IMG/VR virus record: IMGVR_UViG_3300032253_000010
Coordinates: 1-41,283 of that record
DNA from: a virus
Taxonomy: Duplodnaviria; Caudoviricetes
Reading direction: 5' to 3' (one strand)
DNA length: 41,283 nt
Shown: positions 26,011 through 35,096 of the stretch, one piece after another
Layout: each line of letters starts with the position of its first letter
Position numbering within the stretch: position 1 is the stretch's first letter
The notes under the pieces: generated by a model
The model's input: the letters and a program-made list of their open reading frames with translations, nothing else
What the model was told of the DNA's origin: nothing
Database searches by the model: none
Translations under genes and position numbers: made by a program

Positions 26011-27402
26011 GTGGAACTTTACGACATTCAAAGTAAATATATAAAACTGGGCTTAGGTGATTTGGGGCGCATTGGCAAAGAAGCTATGTACCAAAGCCAG
26101 GGTTATACAGCAGGTATAACCAGTGAGCGCGGTAGTCGTGCAACACTGGAAAATAGTGTTAAATATTTATATCGAATGATGTGGACCGACCCGGAATTGC
26201 ATCAAGCCATTTTAGATTTGCGCATGATGAATAAAGAAGATGGTCGGGTTAAAAAAATACATAACAAAATGTCACGAACAGCTGTGAAAGGTGGTTTACG
26301 CTTAAAAATGGATGAAGATGATCAGCGCGTTATTAAGCTTTGGAAACAATTTGTTAAACGACTTAAATTAGATAGACAGGAAAAGCTTGAAAGTGATGCA
26401 CGTGGCCTGGTAATGGAGGGTAACCTACCTTTGCAATGGGTTATTGGTGCAAACAATAGCGTTGTTAATTGTGCGCGCATGCCCAGTGAAACTATATTAC
26501 CAAACGTTACAGAAAACGGTTTGTTTAAAACACCTCAGCATGCATATACACAAATTGATTTAACCACGGGTAATGAATTAGCTAAATTTTCATTATGGCA
26601 ATTAACTTTAGTGAGGCTCGATCCAGATAATTACGATGACATGGGCTCTATGGGTCGACCTTATTTAGATGCCTCGCGGGGTGTTTGGAAAAAGCTCTGC
26701 ATGACAGAGGAAGATTTAGTTATTCGCAGGCGTGAGCGCGCACCTTTAAGAACAGCGCATTCATTAGAGGGAGCAACGACAGAAGAGCTAGAGATTTACA
26801 AGCAACAAGTTGAAGGTGATCAAAGAGAGTTAACCACTAACTATTATATGAACAAAAAAGGTTCTGTAGTTGCCGTACAGGGTGACTCAAACCTTGACCA
26901 AATTGCCGATGTTAGTTATTTACTAGATACATTTTTTGCAGGCTCACCCGCACCAAAAGGTTTATTTGGTTATGTAGGTGATTTGAACCGCGATATTCTC
27001 GAAGATTTAAAACGTGATTATTTTGAAGAAATAGACGCGCTTCAAGACACGCAGGCCTTTGCTTACCAGTTAGGTTTTCGCCTTGAATTATTACTGCATG
27101 GTATTAACCCAGATGCGATTGATTACGAGGTTAAATTTGCAGAACGCCGAACAGACACACCAAACCAACGTGCAGACCATGCATTGAAATTACAGGCCCT
27201 TGGCACTGGTAACCGAATAGCATGGGAAGCTGCTGGGTTAAACCCAGAGGCTGTTTTAGCTGCAAAAAGAATAGAGGCCAATAGCAATGACCCATACCCA
27301 GAAGGTGAAGAAGGTTCGCAGGGACCGGGTAAACAACCGGTTGTAAAGGTAACGCCTGGTAATGAGAAAAAAGGCGAAAGCTCAACGGCTATTAGCAACT
27401 AA
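26011..27402 (+). CDS. Portal protein
   Basis: About 463 aa between terL and the MuF gene. MGRPYL and AGSPAPKGLFG motifs. GTG start after GGAGG (track gives 25945). Confidence 0.75.
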   Translation: MELYDIQSKYIKLGLGDLGRIGKEAMYQSQGYTAGITSERGSRATLENSVKYLYRMMWTDPELHQAILDLRMMNKEDGRVKKIHNKMSRTAVKGGLRLKMDEDDQRVIKLWKQFVKRLKLDRQEKLESDARGLVMEGNLPLQWVIGANNSVVNCARMPSETILPNVTENGLFKTPQHAYTQIDLTTGNELAKFSLWQLTLVRLDPDNYDDMGSMGRPYLDASRGVWKKLCMTEEDLVIRRRERAPLRTAHSLEGATTEELEIYKQQVEGDQRELTTNYYMNKKGSVVAVQGDSNLDQIADVSYLLDTFFAGSPAPKGLFGYVGDLNRDILEDLKRDYFEEIDALQDTQAFAYQLGFRLELLLHGINPDAIDYEVKFAERRTDTPNQRADHALKLQALGTGNRIAWEAAGLNPEAVLAAKRIEANSNDPYPEGEEGSQGPGKQPVVKVTPGNEKKGESSTAISN

Positions 27403-27410
27403 ACGAGGCA

Positions 27411-27635
27411 ATGACAATGGGATCAGGTATGAATATGGCGCGTGTCGACGCGCCTGAACATGCACAAATATTAGATGATTTCAGAGATCAACTACTCATT
27501 GTGTTAATAAAAAGATTGGGTGGAAAAATTACAATACCTATTTCTGAGGCTGACAATACTGGTGGTAATTTATTGGCTATGAGCGTCGACATTAAGAATA
27601 AAACATTTAATTTTGAGGTGAAAAAAAAGCAATGA
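27411..27635 (+). CDS. Hypothetical protein
   Basis: GAGG RBS; packed in the late operon. Confidence 0.6.
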   Translation: MTMGSGMNMARVDAPEHAQILDDFRDQLLIVLIKRLGGKITIPISEADNTGGNLLAMSVDIKNKTFNFEVKKKQ

Positions 27636-27952
27636 GTAATAAACCAAAAACGTGCTTATCAGACGGTGGACCAGTGACTGATGACCATAAAGATATTAAT
27701 TCAGATACTGGCCAACAAAAAGGGTATGTTGTTTTATCGCCCGAAGAAAGAGAGAAAGGGTATGTGAGACCGTTAAGACTCTCGTATGTGCATAATAAAT
27801 GCGGTGCTGTAACAAAAATGGCACATTCGATTGCCGAGACATACGCACGGGACCCTAAGTTTTATAACGGCACTTTCTGTGTGGGCTGTAAAGATCACTT
27901 TCCATTAAACGAGTTTGTTTGGGATGACTCTGATGAAATTGTTGGTAGTTGA
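27632..27952 (+). CDS. Hypothetical Cys/His-containing phage protein
   Basis: YVHNKCG..TFCVGC; 4-bp overlaps on both sides. Confidence 0.7.
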   Translation: MSNKPKTCLSDGGPVTDDHKDINSDTGQQKGYVVLSPEEREKGYVRPLRLSYVHNKCGAVTKMAHSIAETYARDPKFYNGTFCVGCKDHFPLNEFVWDDSDEIVGS

Positions 27953-29676
27953 CTAGTAAATTGTACACACTAGCCCACAACCCACGCACGGTAACTCGCT
28001 CAACCATAAAGCGCGCATCTAACCAGGCACGGGCAAATATGAACCGGCTTGACCGTGCGGCGTTGGGTGACCTTGAGCAAATATATAGAAATGCAGCGGC
28101 GAATATAAAAAACACCATTGAGGGTTTTGCTGGCATTGATGGAAACTTACGTCTTAATAATTTACAGGATATACAAGCCCAGGTTAATACTCTTCTCGGG
28201 CAAATTTCTAACACCCGTGAAGCCTTGCTTAATAATAATTTAGAGCAAGCTGCAGTGTTAGGCACGCAACCCTTCACCGGTGCTGTAAATGGCAGCACAC
28301 TTGTGCGCGTGGCAGATGATGCAGTTAAATTTACTCAATCCTTTATGAGTAAAGATGGGTTGCAGTTATCCGACAGAATATGGCGCCTAGATAACCATGC
28401 CCGTGAAGCCGTGGGTGGTGCTATTCAAAATGCCGTTGTTCAAGGACATAGTGCAAGCCAGGCAGCTAATGAGCTTTTAAACCGTGGCGAACCGGTAACC
28501 GCGGCATTAAGAAATAAAATAAACAATGCCAATGCCAGCACCGTAGGCAGGTCAGCATCAAGAGCCTTACTTACCGGCCAGGGCTCACCCCGGCATAATG
28601 CAATGCGTGTTTTTCGAACTGAAATAAACCGCGCACATGGTGAGGCCTACATGGCATCGGGTGCAGAAGATGAAGACTTTGGCGGTTGGCGCTATTTACT
28701 CAGCCCACGCCACCCCGAGCCAGATATTTGCAACATGCATGCACGGGTTAATAAATATGGCCTGGGCGCTGGTGTTTACCCCAGCCGCCAACGCACACCA
28801 TGGCCAGCTCATCCAAACACATTAAGTTATGTTGAAATTGTATTTAAAGATGAAATTACAGCAGATGATAAAGCTGAAAAAATAAACAGAATTGACTGGC
28901 TAAAACAGCAACCGTTAAATATTCAACGTGGTGTACTCGGGGCACCACAAAAAGTGGCCGCACTACGAAAAGGCTTGCTGGCAGAAAATGAAATAGAAAC
29001 GCCGTGGCGAATATTAAAAAAACGCTTTGAGAAAAAAGGTATTTTCACGGCCGATTTAAAGCTGGTTAACCCGGTAAGTACCGCCGTAACCCATACAGAT
29101 GAAGCTGTAAAATATGTGGTTGATAATGGGCTAAGCACAGGTAACGAGCACCTGGTGGCATTTGACCAGGCAACGGGCAAAGAGCTTATTAAAAAAACCT
29201 CCCATGCGGTTAATTATGTGAGTTTTACCTTAGAAGAAGTTTCCCTTATTCGCAGAGGTGATAGAAGCATAGCGCTCATACATAACCACCCATCGAGTAC
29301 ATCACTCTCATATGCTGATTTGAAAGTGGGAGCTCACCCAGGCTCTGCCATCATAACTGCGGCAGGGCATGATGGTGCCATTTTTAGTGCCAGGGTAAGC
29401 AGTAACTTTGGAACCATGGCCAATGTAGAGCAAAACATAAACAGAGCAGTGACTGATACTATATGGCCGCAAATAAACTCAGGTGCATTAACCCGTGAGC
29501 AAGCCAGTGCAATACATTCTCATGTGCAAAATGTAGTTATGCATCGCTCGCGTTATATGGATTATGAAGCCACTTTTAATAACGGCATTGTTGGCAAAAC
29601 ACTCAATGACTTAGGTGATGATATAATGGCAAATATATACACAGAAGCCGAAACTTTATTTAATGAGGCCTTGTAA
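27949..29676 (+). CDS. MuF-type minor head protein with C-terminal JAB/MPN domain
   Basis: LSDRIW, RVFRTEINRAH, DICN and PAHPNT (MuF). C-terminal GNEHL..IHNHPSSTSLSYAD (E..HxH-x9-D, JAMM-like). Confidence 0.82.
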   Translation: MTSKLYTLAHNPRTVTRSTIKRASNQARANMNRLDRAALGDLEQIYRNAAANIKNTIEGFAGIDGNLRLNNLQDIQAQVNTLLGQISNTREALLNNNLEQAAVLGTQPFTGAVNGSTLVRVADDAVKFTQSFMSKDGLQLSDRIWRLDNHAREAVGGAIQNAVVQGHSASQAANELLNRGEPVTAALRNKINNANASTVGRSASRALLTGQGSPRHNAMRVFRTEINRAHGEAYMASGAEDEDFGGWRYLLSPRHPEPDICNMHARVNKYGLGAGVYPSRQRTPWPAHPNTLSYVEIVFKDEITADDKAEKINRIDWLKQQPLNIQRGVLGAPQKVAALRKGLLAENEIETPWRILKKRFEKKGIFTADLKLVNPVSTAVTHTDEAVKYVVDNGLSTGNEHLVAFDQATGKELIKKTSHAVNYVSFTLEEVSLIRRGDRSIALIHNHPSSTSLSYADLKVGAHPGSAIITAAGHDGAIFSARVSSNFGTMANVEQNINRAVTDTIWPQINSGALTREQASAIHSHVQNVVMHRSRYMDYEATFNNGIVGKTLNDLGDDIMANIYTEAETLFNEAL

Positions 29677-29849
29677 TGAAAGATAATTTTTTAATGATAG
29701 ACCCACCAGTTACCCCATATTCAAAGCCCGAAGACATTGAAAAATGGCTTACAGAGCTTCGTGCACTAGCACAAACAGAAGAGGTTAATATTCACATAGC
29801 GCAGGCAAAAGAATGGCTAGAACGTGCCAAAAAAGGTGGTGACAAGTGA
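29676..29849 (+). CDS. 57-aa protein coupled to MuF-JAB (candidate immunity/partner; not in ORF track)
   Basis: TAATG overlap, GAGG RBS. MKDNFLMIDPPVTPYSKPEDIEKWLTELRALAQTEEVNIHIAQAKEWLERAKKGGDK. Confidence 0.7.
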   Translation: MKDNFLMIDPPVTPYSKPEDIEKWLTELRALAQTEEVNIHIAQAKEWLERAKKGGDK

Positions 29850-30025
29850 ATACAGTACCCATTAAGCCAGTTCAGGTTGAGCAGGTTAAGTGTGAGTGTG
29901 GGCACGTGCTTTATGACGGTGAAGCTATTAAATCGAGATGCGTAAAGCCAGGCAAAGACTTAAGTTATGCATTATGCAAATGCAAGCGCTGGGTGAATGT
30001 GCCGATTTGCTTAAAACCGTTATGA
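29846..30025 (+). CDS. 59-aa zinc-ribbon protein (Mu Com-like; not in ORF track)
   Basis: GTGA overlap; VKCECGHVLY...ALCKCKRWV. Confidence 0.6.
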   Translation: MNTVPIKPVQVEQVKCECGHVLYDGEAIKSRCVKPGKDLSYALCKCKRWVNVPICLKPL

Positions 30026-30047
30026 CAATAACGTCCCTTATCATGTC
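30024..30047 (+). promoter_or_regulatory. Late-promoter dyad box 2
   Basis: GACAATAACGTCCCTTATCATGTC followed by a T-tract and TAAACT. Confidence 0.75.
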
Positions 30048-30088
30048 TTAATTTTTTTATTAATTTAAACTTACCGAACAAGGTTAAC

Positions 30089-30122
30089 AAGCCCGGTTGC
30101 TGTATAGCACCGGGCTTTTTTT
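30089..30122 (+). terminator. Intrinsic terminator in the leader of 30136
   Basis: GCCCGG-T-TGCT-GTAT-AGCA-CCGGGC followed by T7. Confidence 0.8.
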
Positions 30123-30135
30123 ATGGTAGAAGATT

Positions 30136-30567
30136 ATGAAATTGCCAAGAATAGATTTAACTAAGTTAATTGCGGGTTTGCATGAGGTGAGTGCTGGTGT
30201 TTTTGAGCATCGATGGTTGAAAATTAGCGGTGCAGGCGCAGTGCATATATTAGATGCAGGACTGGCTCCATCATCTTACTTTGATTTGGTTACAACAGAA
30301 GTTGCTCCATTGAGTGGAGTGGCAACATATCCGCTTGCAACAGGGGTTAAAGCAATTGAGTACAAGAGTCTTTCTGAGGTTCCGGCCGAGTACTGTTTGC
30401 TTGGGTTTGGAGTAGGTTTTACTGATGCTGAAGCAAGTCGCGATGCTGGGCAAGTAATTATTAAGGCGGGTGAAATTGGGAGTGAGCGAGTTCCAGAATT
30501 AGCGTCTCATGTTTCAATAAAATCAATTTTTGGAAATCCTGTAGTTCAATTTCAACAGAAGGGTTAG
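30136..30567 (+). CDS. Hypothetical beta-rich protein
   Basis: 143-aa ORF after box 2 and its leader. Confidence 0.6.
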   Translation: MKLPRIDLTKLIAGLHEVSAGVFEHRWLKISGAGAVHILDAGLAPSSYFDLVTTEVAPLSGVATYPLATGVKAIEYKSLSEVPAEYCLLGFGVGFTDAEASRDAGQVIIKAGEIGSERVPELASHVSIKSIFGNPVVQFQQKG

Positions 30568-30570
30568 GGC

Positions 30571-32298
30571 ATGCCTAATTATAACTTTAAACTAACCGGC
30601 ACAAAAACAACCGGCCCTAGCATTGTTGATGATTGGACAGATGCTAACTGTTACCCAGAAAGTAGAATACATTCTATTGTTGAGGTTGATGGTGATATAT
30701 ACAACTTTGACGAGAATTTAGCTGGTTTGGGAACAACCACATACATAGCTAGCTTTGCGTGGTCAATAAGTAAAGGGATTACAGTAAATACGCGATTTGG
30801 AGCTAACGGTGGCGGAGCTATTCTGTCGCGTGCTAGCGGGGGCTCTTTAATAGAGCTGAGCGCAGATAGCACGGTTATGACAACAATAAATGATCTGAAA
30901 TTTAGTTCTGATAGTATCAGTTTTGCAATGATGGTGATGTCTTCGAGTATTGTATCGAAGAATGTTACATTAAACAGGCTAGAATTTATCGGTGCATCCA
31001 CAACGGCACAAGTAATAAGTCTACAACAAGAAAACGGCACAATAGTAATTAACGATATAGTAATTAGTGGTATATACACTGCAAGTTTAATATATGGTGC
31101 AGCTACTATGGGTGCAAACTCAACCGTAGACATAACTATTGATGGGGTACATTTTAACAATGTCATTGGACAATCCTCAGTTGGATTCTACGGTATATTA
31201 TTAAGAAAAGGTAACTTTGCAAATGCAGTTTCTACCAAAGTACGGAATGTAACGGGCATTGTTACAGCAGCAAATATATCTGGAGCATTTAGAGCAATAG
31301 AACTACAGGGCATAGACGAGATGCTAATTGAGTATTGCTCGCACACTGTAGTAGGTACAGCAACAGCAAACAGCGCATATGGAATACTAATAGTAGGACT
31401 AGATGCCGTAAACAGACAGGCAATTAATCCAATCGTGAGATATAACGATATTAAATTTAATTGTCCAGCAGGCGATGCATGTAGTATAGGAGCAGACACC
31501 ACGATAGACTTCATGATTAATCCACGTGTACATGATAATGAATTCGCTGGTCTATTACCTGCATCACTTGTAAGTTCCGGGGTATCACCACATGGATTGA
31601 CAATGCGTGGACTGCCTAGCGGGAAAGCATACCGTAATATTATTCATGGGTTCCACTCACCATTAATGCACTCCCTTTGTACTAGTGACGAAGTACAAAG
31701 TGTAGGGAATTTTATATACGACTGCTACGGTGTTATTTACAGCTATAAAGGTAACTCTGGCGGAATTATGGCGAATAACCTTGCCATTGTAACACCTAAC
31801 TCAATGGACGGAACTGTAACTAAACCTTACGGCACATGGGCTCGTGAACAAGGTGGCACCGCTAATAGCGCAGGACAATCAATCAATAACAGCATTATAT
31901 ATTTGGGCATGATTAAGCCAGGAATGTTTGCTTTAGTAGATGCTGGTGACGCACTCACATTAAGTAATAATAATTACTATACAGATCAGGTGTTACCTGC
32001 GGATGCATTTAGTTATCAAGGTACTGATTACGATACATTGGCAGCTTGGAATGTCGCACATGAAGCAGAAGCCACAGATAAAAAGAATTTCTCGGCATCT
32101 GTCGCGGAAATTATCGCCGCGTTTGGTAATCTTGATATTGATGAATTGGTCGCAAATAGTGACACCTACGGCGGCGGCATTAAGTGGTGGACTGGCGCAA
32201 ACCCTGAAACGCTAGGTGAGCCGTTACCTGATTTGGTTTCGCATATTGATCAAGGGTTGCAATCACGTAACGGCCCACTTAGCCTGAAGAATTTATAA
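30571..32298 (+). CDS. Right-handed parallel beta-helix (pectin-lyase-like) protein
   Basis: 575 aa, Gly/Asn/Ile/Ser-rich, with repeated beta-helix rungs (IVRYNDI, RVHDNEF, AYRNII, SVGNFIY, MANNL, SINNSI, LSNNNYY). Confidence 0.7.
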   Translation: MPNYNFKLTGTKTTGPSIVDDWTDANCYPESRIHSIVEVDGDIYNFDENLAGLGTTTYIASFAWSISKGITVNTRFGANGGGAILSRASGGSLIELSADSTVMTTINDLKFSSDSISFAMMVMSSSIVSKNVTLNRLEFIGASTTAQVISLQQENGTIVINDIVISGIYTASLIYGAATMGANSTVDITIDGVHFNNVIGQSSVGFYGILLRKGNFANAVSTKVRNVTGIVTAANISGAFRAIELQGIDEMLIEYCSHTVVGTATANSAYGILIVGLDAVNRQAINPIVRYNDIKFNCPAGDACSIGADTTIDFMINPRVHDNEFAGLLPASLVSSGVSPHGLTMRGLPSGKAYRNIIHGFHSPLMHSLCTSDEVQSVGNFIYDCYGVIYSYKGNSGGIMANNLAIVTPNSMDGTVTKPYGTWAREQGGTANSAGQSINNSIIYLGMIKPGMFALVDAGDALTLSNNNYYTDQVLPADAFSYQGTDYDTLAAWNVAHEAEATDKKNFSASVAEIIAAFGNLDIDELVANSDTYGGGIKWWTGANPETLGEPLPDLVSHIDQGLQSRNGPLSLKNL

Positions 32299-32331
32299 GT
32301 TAAAAATTAGATTAATTGAAAACCATTTTAC

Positions 32332-32355
32332 GACAACACCGTCCCTTAAGTTGTC
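32332..32355 (+). promoter_or_regulatory. Late-promoter dyad box 3
   Basis: GACAACACCGTCCCTTAAGTTGTC followed by a T-tract and TATAAC. Confidence 0.75.
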
Positions 32356-32407
32356 TTTAAATTTTTAATACATTATAACCTACCAAAAAGGTAAATGGTT
32401 TTTAGCC

Positions 32408-32446
32408 AAAAAGCCGGGTAAGACGAAAGTCTGCCCGGCTTTTTTT
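32408..32446 (+). terminator. Intrinsic terminator in the leader of the capsid gene
   Basis: AAAAAGCCGGG-TA-AGAC-GAAA-GTCT-G-CCCGGC followed by T7. Confidence 0.8.
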
Positions 32447-32469
32447 ATGGCTGATATAGAGCGAAATTA

Positions 32470-35034
32470 ATGCAACCAACTCGTATTTTTAAACTTGAGT
32501 CAATTACCCCGGATGGGGTACGTCGGTTTTGTGCTGATGTTGTGAACCTTACAGAAGGTAAACGCGTTACCACACTAACAGTTACCCGGACGGGTAAGTT
32601 TTACGACCCACGTTATGGCGAGTTTGAAATTACACGCACTATGTTAGATAGCATGGTGAGTAACTTTAAAAACGATGCTTATGGGCAAAAAATTGTGTTG
32701 GATGTTGCACACAATGCAAGTAATGGTGCTGCTGGATTTTTCCGCAAGTTGTTTGTTACAGAAGGCAAACTGCGCGGTGAAGTTGAACTCACTGAGTACG
32801 GCGTTGAAGCAATAAAGAAAAAGGGTTTTATTTATGTGTCTGCGGAGTTTCACGATAATTTCGTTGATAACGAGGCACGTGAAGAACATGGCCCTACGTT
32901 ATTAGGTGCGGGTTTAACGCCTCGTCCTGTAATAAAGCATTTAGACCCTATTCAGCTTTCAGAAGACGCTTTAGGTCCTGTGCCTACTTATTTATCAGAA
33001 CGAATTAAAAATATTATTCATGAGGATATGAACATGAACTTAAAAGAATTAATGGCAATGTTACGTAAAAAACTGGGTGCGTTTAACCTTGCTGAACATA
33101 TTATGACGCAGTTAATCCAAACGTTTGAAGGTGTTGCAAAAACCGCGGCGAATGAAGAAATTCAAATGACGCTGATGGAAGCGTTTGTTGACCAGGGCAA
33201 AGTGCTGGCTGAAGAGCTAGAAAAAGGCAATAAAGACATTAAACTTGATTTCTCTGGCCTTGATATGGGCACATCACTCAGCGCTGATGATGTCGCTAAA
33301 ATGCTTGCTGAGCACGATAAAGATAAAGCTAAAACGCTGGCGCAATCGCAAGCCAGCTTAAAAACCAATGTTGATGCATTTACAGCACAGCTGAGCGAAG
33401 CAAAAGAGCTTGAGGGTGCACCCGATGAACTCATGAAAACACTGGGTGAAGCTTCAAAGCTAATTACCGCAACAATGACACCGGACCAGGTTAAATCGTT
33501 AGCCTTGCAACAAATTGCGCTCGGTCAGCAGTTTGTTGTGCAGTCGAAGTTGCAGGGCATGGGTTATGCCAATGCACCGGCTGGCAGTGTGCACTTGAGT
33601 GTGGACGATTCAAACAATATCAATAAGCTGCAGGAAGGTATTATTACCGGACTGCAAGGTACCTCTCACCATGCAAATGGTTTAATTCATTTATCTGAAA
33701 AACTTCACCCTTTCTGTGAGCGAGTGCTTTCAGAATTTGACCGCATGCATGCGCGTGAGCTGCACAATGAAGCTAAGTTACTGGCCGGTGGTGAGAGTTC
33801 AACCAGTGATACAAACCTGCCCGTTGGTTTTCAGCGCACCGTTATTCGTGAGGCATTATCTGACACTAACGTTTTGCAGTTAGTGCAAACGCTAACTGAT
33901 TTTGGTGCAACGGGCACAACCAATATTCCTTATGAAACTCGTGACACAAGTAACGTGCTAAATGATGGCATTGTGTACGAAGGTGCGGCCATTCATCGTG
34001 CCAGTGTTTCGCAGGAAATGGATCTTGCTTATATCTTACCCATGAAAATTGCATTTCTTATTTCAAATGAAGTCATGCACTTTACGCGTGCCAGCGCCAT
34101 TAACTGGGATGCGTATGCCCGCAATGTTGAAAGCAATGCACGTGTTATGCGTGAACTCGTGGCTCGTCGCATTTGTAATGAGCTACAACGTTCAGCTGAT
34201 GCTTATGCAGCACTTACTATCAGTAATGAAACACTGGATGCACAGCTTGATGGTTCAACCAGCATAATGAAAACAGTGGAATTTCCTCTTGTACGCCAAC
34301 ATCAACAACGTGATTTAAAGGGTACTGCAGTAGGCAGCCCTGAAAACCCCATTGTTGTGCGATTAAACAGCGTGGTTATTGCTGAGTATGATGGTTCTGG
34401 TAATCAGTCTGCGGGTAACTATTACCGGGTGATTAACTACAACCTGGGTTATGTTCAGTTTGTTGATGAATCCGGTGTGGCAGTTACTCCGGCATCTGCG
34501 GCAGGTGCCGATGATATTAGTTACAGCTATGCAACTAATGTTGAAAAATTCGACCTGGACAACGGTTCAACTGAAATTGGCAAGCACCTAAATGGTTTAA
34601 TTCGTGCCATGGGCAGCCGTAAAGCACTGATGTTATCAGACCGTTTTATTACCCCAAACTTTGCATTGATGAGCCCCACCATGAACAACACGTATACCAA
34701 TGCTGATAACTTTGAAGCACAAAGTAAACGTGATGGTTCAGACACTAATAACGACGGTGATCTGGATATGGTGAAAGGTATTGCATCCTTCGGCACGAAT
34801 GCCCCGGGCATTGATTTAGGCGATGAGCGGACCATTCTTGGCCAGCGCGGCACCATGACTTACACCATTGCAAAACCCTTTGTGACCGGACAGCCATTTG
34901 AAGCGGTTGATTCAAACGGTAACGCCATTGGTAAAAAACAGGCTTACGGTGAAGAGTACAGCGCGATTAAGGTACCCACTCCTATTCGTAATCGCCTGAC
35001 TTCTGTGCTGGCTTATAGCTTCACTGGTCGTTAA
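32470..35034 (+). CDS. Fused Mu-type prohead protease - scaffold - major capsid protein
   Basis: N-terminal RTGKF, LDVAH, YVSAEF, GAGLTPRP (Mu gpI-like protease), then a helical scaffold. C-terminal HK97-like capsid region (LP..FQRTVI, VYEGAAI). Confidence 0.82.
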   Translation: MQPTRIFKLESITPDGVRRFCADVVNLTEGKRVTTLTVTRTGKFYDPRYGEFEITRTMLDSMVSNFKNDAYGQKIVLDVAHNASNGAAGFFRKLFVTEGKLRGEVELTEYGVEAIKKKGFIYVSAEFHDNFVDNEAREEHGPTLLGAGLTPRPVIKHLDPIQLSEDALGPVPTYLSERIKNIIHEDMNMNLKELMAMLRKKLGAFNLAEHIMTQLIQTFEGVAKTAANEEIQMTLMEAFVDQGKVLAEELEKGNKDIKLDFSGLDMGTSLSADDVAKMLAEHDKDKAKTLAQSQASLKTNVDAFTAQLSEAKELEGAPDELMKTLGEASKLITATMTPDQVKSLALQQIALGQQFVVQSKLQGMGYANAPAGSVHLSVDDSNNINKLQEGIITGLQGTSHHANGLIHLSEKLHPFCERVLSEFDRMHARELHNEAKLLAGGESSTSDTNLPVGFQRTVIREALSDTNVLQLVQTLTDFGATGTTNIPYETRDTSNVLNDGIVYEGAAIHRASVSQEMDLAYILPMKIAFLISNEVMHFTRASAINWDAYARNVESNARVMRELVARRICNELQRSADAYAALTISNETLDAQLDGSTSIMKTVEFPLVRQHQQRDLKGTAVGSPENPIVVRLNSVVIAEYDGSGNQSAGNYYRVINYNLGYVQFVDESGVAVTPASAAGADDISYSYATNVEKFDLDNGSTEIGKHLNGLIRAMGSRKALMLSDRFITPNFALMSPTMNNTYTNADNFEAQSKRDGSDTNNDGDLDMVKGIASFGTNAPGIDLGDERTILGQRGTMTYTIAKPFVTGQPFEAVDSNGNAIGKKQAYGEEYSAIKVPTPIRNRLTSVLAYSFTGR

Positions 35035-35054
35035 TCGAACTCAACCTAAACCGA

Positions 35055-35080
35055 TATATCCGCCTAATTTGGCGGATATA
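35055..35080 (+). other. Hairpin after the capsid gene
   Basis: TATATCCGCC-TAATTT-GGCGGATATA, no U-tract. Confidence 0.55.
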
Positions 35081-35096
35081 CAAAAGGTACTGAATC

